In this document: positions 54,285 through 62,553 of the stretch, piece by piece
Layout of the letters: each line of letters starts with the position of its first letter
How positions within the stretch are numbered: position 1 is the stretch's first letter
Translations under genes and position numbers: made by a program
The notes under the pieces: model-generated
What the model was told of the DNA's origin: nothing
Databases searched by the model: none
What the model saw: the letters and a program-made list of their open reading frames with translations, nothing else
Source of the DNA: an uncultured delta proteobacterium
GTDB taxonomy: Bacteria; Desulfobacterota; RBG-13-43-22
Assembly: GCA_963843145.1 (NCBI GenBank)
Contig: CAWJJC010000028.1
Coordinates: forward strand, 224,001-288,000
Direction: 5' to 3'
Length of the DNA: 64,000 nucleotides

Positions 54285-56042
54285 CTAGGAACGCATTAGT
54301 CCGTGTTGACGGACTTTCCGGGAAATGGTCGAAGGATTGACTCCGAAGGCCAGAGCGACTTGGGAAATCGTTTTATGTCGTTTCAGCGCCTCTTCAATCA
54401 ACCCTTTTTCAAATTCGCTGACCATTTCTTTCAGTCCACCCGGCGCCTCTCGATCGCGGTTCGGCGGTCGGCCTTCCTGGATAATGGCCGGCAGGTCCTC
54501 CGGCCCGAGGGTCTTTTTGTCGCTCATGACCACCAGTCTTTCGACGATGTTCATAAGCTCCCGGACATTGCCGGGAAAGGAATATTGTCCGAGTAATTCA
54601 TAAGCCCGGGGGGTCAAGGCCTTTTTGGCTTGATCGGGGCGGGTGAATTTCTTTAAGAAATGGTTGATTAAAGGAATGATATCATCCCGGCGCTCCCGCA
54701 GGGGCGGCAGATCCAACGGCAGGGTGCTGAGGCGGAAATAGAGGTCTTTCCTGAAATCTCCGCGCTGCACCAGGGAAAGCAAGTCCCGGTTGGTGGCGGC
54801 GATGATTCGAAAATCGATATGTTTAGGTTTGGTCCCGCCCAACCGGGTAATTTCCTTATCCTCCAGGACGGCCAGAATTTTCACCTGCAAATACAGGGGG
54901 AGGTCGGCAATTTCATCTAAAAATACCGTTCCGCCCTGCCCGATTTCGAAAAGTCCGGCCTTTCCTTCGGTGCGGGCGCCGGTGAAGGCGCCTTTTTCGT
55001 AGCCAAAGAGTTCGCTTTCCAGAAGGGTTTCGGGAATAGCGCCGCAGTTGATTTTTATAAAGCTTTTTCCTTTGCGCAGGCTGTTTTTATGGATGAAGCG
55101 GGCCAAGACGTCCTTTCCCACCCCGGATTCGCCGGTCAACAGGGCGGCCGAATCTACCCGGGCCATTTTGATCGCCTTTTGCATGACCAGCCGCATGGAC
55201 TCGCTTTTTATAAGCAGTTGCTGTCCCGCCTGGTTCAGGACCTGCTGTTCGATCAGCTCATCCTGATAGCGGCGCGTCAGTTGCTTGCTCTCTACCAATT
55301 CGTTTTTAAGTTGATTCAACTCCGTTAGATCGCGCACATTGGTCACCACCCGGGTAATCCGGTTCTGGGAGTCAAAAATAGGGTTTCCGGTGACGATGAC
55401 GACTTTGCCCCCCTTGATCTCCTGCATGATGGTCTGGGGACGGCGCTCGCGGATCACTTCCAGGGTGACCGAAGGATCGAATATGCCTTCGGACACCAGT
55501 TCACTGGTCTTTTTGCCGGTTAACTCCTCCTTTTTTAGACCGGTAATCCTTTCATAGGCCTGGTTGACCCGCAAGGTTTTGGCTTTCCCGTCGGTTATGT
55601 AAAGGCCATCATAGGAGGATTCGATGATGGCATCCAATTCTTCATTCAAGCGCTTGAAGGATTCCAGATCGGTGCTGACCTTTTCATACTCCGAGATATC
55701 CTGAAAGATGCTCATTACCCCGACTACCTTTCCTTCAAGGAAAATGGGAGTCCGATTGGCGATAAGGGTCGATCTTCCCAGATTGATCTTTTTGGCAATC
55801 TGAGGGACACCGGTCCGGATAATCTCTTTCATGTCCTGCCAGGCTTTGGGATTGATTTCCTTGATCGGATGGCCGGCCAGATCGTTCGTGGATATGCCCA
55901 GCAGTTTTCGGGCCGCCTGATTATAGACCTGGATGGAGCCCTGCTCATCGATGATCACCACCCCGTTGTAGGCCATATCGTAAAGGCTGCGGAGTTGACT
56001 CAGGTTCTCCTTCCAGAGGCTTTTTTTTGGTTTAGGACCCAT
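54285..56042 (-). CDS. Dual-PAS sigma54-dependent transcriptional activator
   Basis: GESGVGK, ESELFGYEKGAFTGA, FLDEI, AATNR, FPGNVREL, C-terminal HTH. Confidence 0.95.
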   Translation of the reverse strand: MGPKPKKSLWKENLSQLRSLYDMAYNGVVIIDEQGSIQVYNQAARKLLGISTNDLAGHPIKEINPKAWQDMKEIIRTGVPQIAKKINLGRSTLIANRTPIFLEGKVVGVMSIFQDISEYEKVSTDLESFKRLNEELDAIIESSYDGLYITDGKAKTLRVNQAYERITGLKKEELTGKKTSELVSEGIFDPSVTLEVIRERRPQTIMQEIKGGKVVIVTGNPIFDSQNRITRVVTNVRDLTELNQLKNELVESKQLTRRYQDELIEQQVLNQAGQQLLIKSESMRLVMQKAIKMARVDSAALLTGESGVGKDVLARFIHKNSLRKGKSFIKINCGAIPETLLESELFGYEKGAFTGARTEGKAGLFEIGQGGTVFLDEIADLPLYLQVKILAVLEDKEITRLGGTKPKHIDFRIIAATNRDLLSLVQRGDFRKDLYFRLSTLPLDLPPLRERRDDIIPLINHFLKKFTRPDQAKKALTPRAYELLGQYSFPGNVRELMNIVERLVVMSDKKTLGPEDLPAIIQEGRPPNRDREAPGGLKEMVSEFEKGLIEEALKRHKTISQVALAFGVNPSTISRKVRQHGLMRS

Positions 56043-56276
56043 TGGACTACCTTCTAGAATCTTTTCTTGACAGGGACGAAAGGGGATTGATAATGATATA
56101 CAATTTTTAATAATTTATAACAAGCTGAAATTATTTCTCTACCGCCTTTCAGCCCGTCATCCTGGGGCATGAATTCCGTGGGAAAATCGTTGAGGTCGGG
56201 GAACGGGAAGACGGTGGGAGAGTAAGGGAGCGGGCCGCCGTTCATTGCTTGGTCTTACCGCGATTAGGAGAGAGAG

Positions 56277-58160
56277 ATGTTCAAGAAAAAGAAGGCCGCA
56301 GCGGATAAAAAAACGCCGTTGGATAAAAAGACTACCGAATTGCTGGGATTGATTTTTGAAAAAATGCCCCGCAGGATTGAACTTTTGCTTTTTACCAGCC
56401 CCGGTCGGAACGAGCCCTATAGCGCGGCGATTCGGGAGTTTTTCCGATCGGTCGGTGATTTGACCGACAAGATCGATTTCAGGGAATACGATTTGACCCA
56501 CGAACTGGCCGCCGTCCACGAGGCGCAGGAATCGCCTACCCTGGTGATAGACCCGAGCCATATGCGCCTCCGCTGGCTGGGGGCCCCTGTCGGCCAAGAG
56601 GCCGCGGCATTTTTGACGGGCCTGGTCATGATCGGTCACCGCAAGGCCAATCTGGAAACACAATCCCGGAAGATACTCAATAGTATAGAGGAACCTCGCC
56701 GGATAAAGATATTTGTCAGCCCGACCTGTCCTTATTGCCCCCAGCAGATCATGAACGCCCTCAAAGCGGCCGTGGAGCGCCCCGATCTCATTTCCCTGGA
56801 GATTATCGATGTCCCGGCCATGGCCGAATTAGCCGAAAAATACCAGGCCTTCAGTACGCCCACCGTTTATGCCAATGAAAAACGGATCGCCCGGGGGGCC
56901 CAATCCGAAGAACTGTTCATGGCCAGTCTGAAGAAGCTGGAAGAAGAGACCATCTTCATTCCGGACAACGAAGCCGAAGAGATCGAAGTGGATCTGGTGG
57001 TGGTCGGTGCCGGTCCGGCCGGCCTCTCGGCCGGGATCTATGCCGCCCGCAGCGGATTACGGGCGGTAGTCGTCGAAAAAGGTGTCCTGGGGGGACAGGT
57101 GGCCATGACCCCGATAGTCGAAAATTACCCCGGTATTCCTCAGATAGGCGGCAAGGCCCTGGTGGACATCATGGTCGTTCATGCCCTGGAGTATGCCAAC
57201 GTTTTTCCAGGGGAAGAGGTCATGGAAATTAAACCGGGCCAGCCCCTGGTGGTGACTACCAGCCGCCGACGCTTTCTGACCCGGGCCGTTTTGTTGGCCA
57301 GCGGCGCTGTGTATCGACGGTTGGGGGTCCCCGGCGAAGAGCGCTTGTTCGGGCGGGGGGTCAGCTATTGCAGTACCTGCGACGGACCGCTGTTCAAGAA
57401 GGGCAAGGCGCTCATGGTGGGCGGAGGGGACAGCGCCGTCACCGAGGCCTTGCATCTGCATCAGATCGGGGTCGAGGTAACCCTGGCCCACCGGCGGGAG
57501 ACCCTGCGGGCGCAGGCCCAACTGAAGGACAGCCTCAAGGCGGCCAAGATCCCGGTCCTTTTCAATACCGAAATTCAGGAGATCAGGGGTGAGGAGCGGG
57601 TCAAAGAGGTGGAGCTGGTCAATAACCTCAGCGGAACAAGGCAGGTGATGGCCGTGGACGCAGTCTTCGTGTCCATAGGCTATGCCCCGGCGGTGGAGTT
57701 GGCGCGTCGGACCGGAGTAGCCCTCACCGAGGACGGGTATATCAAAAAGGACTCCCGCCACCGCACCAACATCCCGGGGATTTATTCGGCCGGGGATGTG
57801 GAGGGCGGCTATAAACAGATCGTCATCGCCGCCGGTCAGGGATCCGAGGCCGCCTTAGCAATTTTCGAGGATTTGGTCAATCCCTATTGGGTTTCTAATC
57901 AGAATCGGGCAAGGGTCTCGAGGCCTGAGCGCGGGGGACACCACGTCAGGCTTGTAGACCCGGAAGCGGGGGGACAGAGGCAATGCTCGGAGACCCCCAG
58001 GCTAAGAAATCACCAGGTACCATCCACCAATTGGCGTTTTTCTTCCAGATATTCTTCCAGTTCATCCAACTTCAGGTGGAGAAAGTCCTGGATCGATAAT
58101 ATACTTATCCATGGGTCCCGGAAGGGTTTTCGACGGGGCGCTCTCTTAATTCCTTTTTGA
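56277..58160 (+). CDS. Thioredoxin reductase (TrxB) with N-terminal AhpF-like thioredoxin domains; aberrant C-terminal extension
   Basis: CPYC in the thioredoxin fold, GAGPAG, ENYPG, GVSYCSTCDG, GGGDSA, AGD. Reductase-like sequence ends near NPYW (about 57890). Confidence 0.85.
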   Translation: MFKKKKAAADKKTPLDKKTTELLGLIFEKMPRRIELLLFTSPGRNEPYSAAIREFFRSVGDLTDKIDFREYDLTHELAAVHEAQESPTLVIDPSHMRLRWLGAPVGQEAAAFLTGLVMIGHRKANLETQSRKILNSIEEPRRIKIFVSPTCPYCPQQIMNALKAAVERPDLISLEIIDVPAMAELAEKYQAFSTPTVYANEKRIARGAQSEELFMASLKKLEEETIFIPDNEAEEIEVDLVVVGAGPAGLSAGIYAARSGLRAVVVEKGVLGGQVAMTPIVENYPGIPQIGGKALVDIMVVHALEYANVFPGEEVMEIKPGQPLVVTTSRRRFLTRAVLLASGAVYRRLGVPGEERLFGRGVSYCSTCDGPLFKKGKALMVGGGDSAVTEALHLHQIGVEVTLAHRRETLRAQAQLKDSLKAAKIPVLFNTEIQEIRGEERVKEVELVNNLSGTRQVMAVDAVFVSIGYAPAVELARRTGVALTEDGYIKKDSRHRTNIPGIYSAGDVEGGYKQIVIAAGQGSEAALAIFEDLVNPYWVSNQNRARVSRPERGGHHVRLVDPEAGGQRQCSETPRLRNHQVPSTNWRFSSRYSSSSSNFRWRKSWIDNILIHGSRKGFRRGALLIPF

Positions 58161-59640
58161 TCACCTTGCCTCCGGGATTCCGGGGCAACTCCGGCAAGAA
58201 GAGCACCCGGGCCGGTACCTTGAAATCGGCCAGGTGCTGTCGGCAATATTCCAGGATCTCCTCGACCGTGGCTTCCGTCTCCGGCCGCAGGACAACGCAG
58301 GCCCGGACCACTTCCCCAAAGATGGGATGCGCTTCCGGAACCACCGCGGACTCCAGGACCTGGGGGTGGGAGTTCAGGACCGATTCCACCTCGATAGAGT
58401 AAATGTTTTCCCCTCCCCGGACGATCATATCCTTCATCCGATCCACGATAAAGACATAGCCTTCGTCATCGATGCGGGCCACATCGCCGGTGTGCAGCCA
58501 GCCTTCCTTCAGGGCCTTCTGCGTCGCCTCCGGTTGGTTAAAATAGCCTTTGACGATGTTGGGTCCTTTGATGAGTAATTCTCCCGGATCTCCCGGTTGG
58601 ACTTCGTTCCCCAAGACATCCATTGCTTTTATTTGGACCCCGGGAACCGGCAAACCCACCGAGGGGGCCTTGCGGATGGCGTCGCAGGCGGGCAGGACGG
58701 TGGTTAGCGAAGAGGATTCGGTCAGGCCGTAGGCGTTAAAAAGTTCCAGGCCCAATCTGTTTTTCAAGGCCAAAATGGTTTCCTTATCCATAGGGGCCCC
58801 GCCGTAGGCCGCCAGGCGCAGGGAGTGCAGATCCCTATCCGCCAGGGCTTCGTTGATCAGCATCAGGACATACATGGTGGGAACATTGAACAAAACGGTG
58901 ATCTGATGGCGTTCAATGGCCTGGATCATCTCGATCGTCTTGTAGGCCTTCAGGATCACGCAGGTTCCGCCCAGGTAGATAAAGGCCACCAACTGGCTGT
59001 TTAACCCGGTGACGTGAAAAAGAGGGACCACGATCAGGGTGATGTCCTTCTCGGTGTAGGTGAGCATGGCTCCGCAATTTCGGGCGTTGGTGAAGATATT
59101 ACGTTGGGTCATCATGGCCCCTTTGGGCAGGCCGGTGGTGCCGGAGGTGTACATGATGGTGGCTACGTCTTCGGGGTTCAAATCCGGAAAAATGGGTAAG
59201 TCCGAGGCTTCCAGGAGATCGTTAAAAAAAAGGGCCCCCGATTTTCGTTCCGTTCCGGCATAAATGAATTCCTTGACCCGCGATAAATCCGGTCGAATCG
59301 CCTGGGAAACATCCCAGAATTGGTAACCCACTACCAGAACCCCGGCTCCGCAGTCATTCAAGATATAAACCAGATCTTTCCCGGTCAAACGGTTATTAAG
59401 CGGCACGGCTATGGCCCCGATAGCGGCGCAGGCATAGTAGGACACGGCCATTTCAATGCAGTTCGGAAAGAGCAGGGCCACCCGGTCCCCTTTCCGGACT
59501 CCCAGCTTTTGCAGATGGTAGGCCAGAGATAACACCTGTCGTTGCAGTTCCCTATAAGTCAGGGCTTCCTCGTCGCAGAGCAGGGCGGGTTTGTTGGGGA
59601 GGCGATCGGCAGTGGCCTGAAGCATTTGGTAGATAAGCAT
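58105..59640 (-). CDS. AMP-dependent acyl-CoA synthetase (long-chain fatty acid--CoA ligase family)
   Basis: YTSGTTGLPKG, PLFH, AYGLTE, LHTGD, DRMKDMIVRGGEN, LPRNPGGK. Confidence 0.93.
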   Translation of the reverse strand: MLIYQMLQATADRLPNKPALLCDEEALTYRELQRQVLSLAYHLQKLGVRKGDRVALLFPNCIEMAVSYYACAAIGAIAVPLNNRLTGKDLVYILNDCGAGVLVVGYQFWDVSQAIRPDLSRVKEFIYAGTERKSGALFFNDLLEASDLPIFPDLNPEDVATIMYTSGTTGLPKGAMMTQRNIFTNARNCGAMLTYTEKDITLIVVPLFHVTGLNSQLVAFIYLGGTCVILKAYKTIEMIQAIERHQITVLFNVPTMYVLMLINEALADRDLHSLRLAAYGGAPMDKETILALKNRLGLELFNAYGLTESSSLTTVLPACDAIRKAPSVGLPVPGVQIKAMDVLGNEVQPGDPGELLIKGPNIVKGYFNQPEATQKALKEGWLHTGDVARIDDEGYVFIVDRMKDMIVRGGENIYSIEVESVLNSHPQVLESAVVPEAHPIFGEVVRACVVLRPETEATVEEILEYCRQHLADFKVPARVLFLPELPRNPGGKVIKKELRERPVENPSGTHG

Positions 59641-59658
59641 AAAATCTCCACTTAAGCT

Positions 59659-59740
59659 AAATTCGAAACTCGAAATTCGAAATCCGAAACAAATTCAAAT
59701 GTTCGAAATCTCGAATGATCAAAACAGAAAATTCAAAAAT
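59659..59740 (+). repeat. Left AAATTCG/AAATCCG heptamer arm of the four-helix-bundle cassette
   Basis: AAATTCGAAACTCGAAATTCGAAATCCGAAACAAATTCAAATG. Confidence 0.85.
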
Positions 59741-59754
59741 CCACAGTCCAGGAA

Positions 59755-60120
59755 TTATTCACATTTGCGGATGATGGAACCGAAAATGTTCATTAGTTCG
59801 GTTGTTTCATCGATCAGGTCTATTCGTTCTTTCTCTCGGTCTGGATTTTCATTGATTTCAATGAGCCTCAACCAATAGCGGCTTTCTTTGGCTTCTTTAC
59901 GACAGATTTTGACTCTCAAGATGAAGTCTTTTTTGCTCAAAGACTCATTGGCTTCAATATAATTTGCTCCGATGGATCCGGAGGATTTGATAAGTTGTTT
60001 TCCATCTTCGATATTGGCTAACGTTTTCGGTAGTTCTTTTACGAATTTCCGCACGCGCTTAGCGAAAAGAAAGGTTCGATCCTCGAGGTCGAATTGTTTT
60101 GAGTTTTGATATTCGGTCAT
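59755..60120 (-). CDS. Four helix bundle protein (TIGR02436 / 23S rRNA IVS-like family)
   Basis: DLEDRT..FA, QLIKSSGSIGANYIEAN...SKKDF..RVKICRKEAKESRYWL; AT-rich. Confidence 0.92.
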   Translation of the reverse strand: MTEYQNSKQFDLEDRTFLFAKRVRKFVKELPKTLANIEDGKQLIKSSGSIGANYIEANESLSKKDFILRVKICRKEAKESRYWLRLIEINENPDREKERIDLIDETTELMNIFGSIIRKCE

Positions 60121-60161
60121 TGTAATTTGTTTCGAATTTCGGGTTTCGAATTTCGAATTTT
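60096..60161 (-). repeat. Right (inverted) heptamer arm, containing the start of the four-helix-bundle gene
   Basis: Minus strand reads AAAATTCGAAATTCGAAACCCGAAATTCGAAACAAATTACA-ATG-ACCGAATATCAAAAC. Confidence 0.85.
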
Positions 60162-60165
60162 CGGC

Positions 60166-60930
60166 CTACCAGGCCGTCCACCCTCCATCCACAAAGATGG
60201 TCTGTCCGGTGATGAAATCCGAGGCCTTCGAGGCCAGGAAGATCACGGTCCCTTCCAGTTCTTCCGGTTGTCCCCAGCGGCCCATGGGAGTTCGCTCGTT
60301 GATAAAGCGGAACCTTTCCGGATCGTTCCGTAAGGCAGCCACCAGAGGGGTCTCAAAATACGTGGGTCCGATGGCGTTCACCTGGATGCCGTGCCGGGCC
60401 CATTCCAGGGCCATGACTTTGGTCATCTGAATCACCCCGCCCTTGCTGGAGGCGTAGGGCAACTGGTTTTCCAGGCCCACAGCCCCTAAGATGGAGGCCA
60501 TGTTGATGATCTTGCCTTTCCTTTGTTTGATCATGGCCGGGGCTACGGCCTGGGCCACCAGGAAATAGCCTTTCAGGTTGGTATCCAAAACCTGGTCCCA
60601 GTCGGCTTCGGTCAGCTCCAGCACCGGTTTGCGGATATTGACTCCGGCATTGTTGACCAGGATATCGATTCGGTCAAAGGCGGATAAGACTTCTTCCACC
60701 GCCTGGGTGACGCTGCGCTGATCCAGCACATCCAGGGGAAAGATCCGGGCCTGGACTCCATAGACCTGTGCCAGGGCACGCGTCTTTTCCAGGTCATCCA
60801 GATTCCGGGCGCAGAGGGCCAGATCGGCCCCGGCCTTGGCCAGTCCGACCGCCAGGGCCTGCCCCAGTCCTTTGGAGGCCCCGGTAACCAGGGCCACTTT
60901 TCCGGTCAAATCAAAAAGATCTAACGCCAT
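60166..60930 (-). CDS. Short-chain dehydrogenase/reductase (KduD/gluconate 5-dehydrogenase-like)
   Basis: TGASKGLG, NNAG, YASSKGG, NAIGP, ITGQTIFVDGG; SD GGAGG before ATG 60930. Confidence 0.92.
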   Translation of the reverse strand: MALDLFDLTGKVALVTGASKGLGQALAVGLAKAGADLALCARNLDDLEKTRALAQVYGVQARIFPLDVLDQRSVTQAVEEVLSAFDRIDILVNNAGVNIRKPVLELTEADWDQVLDTNLKGYFLVAQAVAPAMIKQRKGKIINMASILGAVGLENQLPYASSKGGVIQMTKVMALEWARHGIQVNAIGPTYFETPLVAALRNDPERFRFINERTPMGRWGQPEELEGTVIFLASKASDFITGQTIFVDGGWTAW

Positions 60931-61059
60931 GCTGCTTCTTACCTCCTTTTGTAGTAACCCCTCCTGTCCGAGGGGACACCCCGAAGCTTGAAAATAAAAG
61001 GAACATAAGCCACACTGACTGACATTAATAATTAGTCCTTTTGATGTTAGCTGCAATCG

Positions 61060-61340
61060 TGGGCACAACCAGGGACAGAGTCTATTGCGATTGAATGCTG
61101 CCTTCCGAGAACGTCCTGGAATAGCCTGATCGGGTCGATCACCGAGTGCATATCGATATCGACACGACGGTGGAGACTGTCTATGGGGCTATTGAAGGAG
61201 CCCGAAAAGGCCATAATACTCAACACCGGGGCGAGAAGGGACTGCGGCCGGTTTTACTTTTCTGTAGGAGACCCGTGAGTATCTGGCCGTGACTTTCCGT
61301 CGTGGGGAAACGATTTCCTTCGAATTAGCTCGTTTTATTT
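61060..61340 (+). mobile_element. IS1380-family transposase remnant
   Basis: My translation across frameshifts: VHIDIDTTVETVYGAIEGARKGHNTQHRGEKGLRPVLLF...ETREYLA.TFRRGETIS. Confidence 0.7.
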
Positions 61341-61534
61341 TTTCCTTCTGTCTGTTGTTGCCGGAATGCGTTCGGCAAGTGATTATTGGGCGTATTCGGA
61401 ATTTTACAGTGGTACGGTTATCAAGGCCTGTGAACGCGTCACTATATTATATTATCTCGGCCAAAAGCACCCATCCGGACTATGACTCCCAGCCTTGGTA
61501 TTCCTCACGGCTCATCTGGATAAACGAGACAATA

Positions 61535-61740
61535 CCTTTAACCAAAGTCGTACGGGTTTTATGAAATATCGTCCGCGCCGTCAGGCTAGTTTTTGTACGA
61601 ACGACTTGCTATCCAGAATGTTTCTGGTCCTGATAAACCAGGCTTCCCTATGTCCAGATCGGGGACATCTGAATCCATTGGGCTTTCGAAGACTCGCAGA
61701 TGCTCTGCGCAAGCTTCTTCGGTGGAAAATCCCTCTGAAA
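61535..61740 (-). mobile_element. IS1595-family transposase N-terminal remnant
   Basis: Across frameshifts: TEEACAEHL...PNGFRCPRSGHREAWFIRTRNILD...SLTARTIFHKTRTTLVK (decayed zinc-ribbon region). Confidence 0.7.
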
Positions 61741-61814
61741 ATAAAGGTTAATAATCAATTGTTAATTATTAATTATTGATGAATGCCCGAGTGGCGCCGG
61801 GTTCTATTTTCGTA

Positions 61815-62357
61815 CTAAAAAGAGGGAGGGTGGTTCACCCAGAGGACAACGGCCTCTTCGTTCCTTTTATTCAGAAATTCATGTTCGATGTGCGATTTCA
61901 GATAAAAACTGTCTCCGGCCGAAAGGAGATAGGTCTCTCCGGCGTAACGGAGTTCGAGATCGCCCTGGATGACGTACCCGAACTCTTCCCCTTCATGGTG
62001 ATAGCTCCCTCGGGAACCCCCGCCCGGGCTGATGAAAGCCATGCGGGCGTCCATTTTCTTGTTGCGGGGGTTGGGAATTAAGGTCTCGACCGTGGTCTTT
62101 GATTTGGGAAATTTAAAAATCTCCCGCTCTTTCTTTTTTAAGATGACTTTCTCCGCGTAATCGGTGCGGAAGAAGTCGATAATGGTGATATCCAGAGCGG
62201 TGGAAATTCTTTTGAGCGTCGAGATCGAAGGGTCGGCCTTGCCGCTTTCCAACTGGCAGATGTAGGCCGGGGTGCATTTGACTTTTTGAGCCAGTTCCTT
62301 CTGGGTCAACTTTCTTTGGCTCCGGAGTTTTTTTAATTTGGTGCTTAAATCGGGCAT
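61815..62357 (-). CDS. XRE-family HTH plus cupin transcriptional regulator (PuuR-like)
   Basis: LTQKELA...YICQLESGKADPSISTL; HHEGEEFGYV...GDSFY...H. Confidence 0.92.
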   Translation of the reverse strand: MPDLSTKLKKLRSQRKLTQKELAQKVKCTPAYICQLESGKADPSISTLKRISTALDITIIDFFRTDYAEKVILKKKEREIFKFPKSKTTVETLIPNPRNKKMDARMAFISPGGGSRGSYHHEGEEFGYVIQGDLELRYAGETYLLSAGDSFYLKSHIEHEFLNKRNEEAVVLWVNHPPSF

Positions 62358-62553
62358 GGGTTTTTTTAGAAAAAATTAATAAATAATTAATCCGTTGTTT
62401 AAAGATCTTTGGAGGAAATCAGCCTAATCCATCGTCTAGTAGGGGCTTTGAATTTGCTTGACAGGATTTCCGCCCATTTGTTATTAGAATAAAATTAAAT
62501 CATAGTTAATTGTTTGATTGCAAGTAGAAAAAATTTCACCAAGGGGGGAAGCC

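Noticed and set aside
58010-58012. TGA after ...VDGTW as a selenocysteine codon
   Set aside because: No intact start, no recognisable selenoprotein family and no convincing SECIS hairpin. I found no supported selenoprotein gene in the window.
59755-60120. Diversity-generating retroelement suggested by the Avd-like fold
   Set aside because: No reverse transcriptase and no TR/VR pair in the window. The 107-bp abfD repeat mismatches are not adenine-specific.
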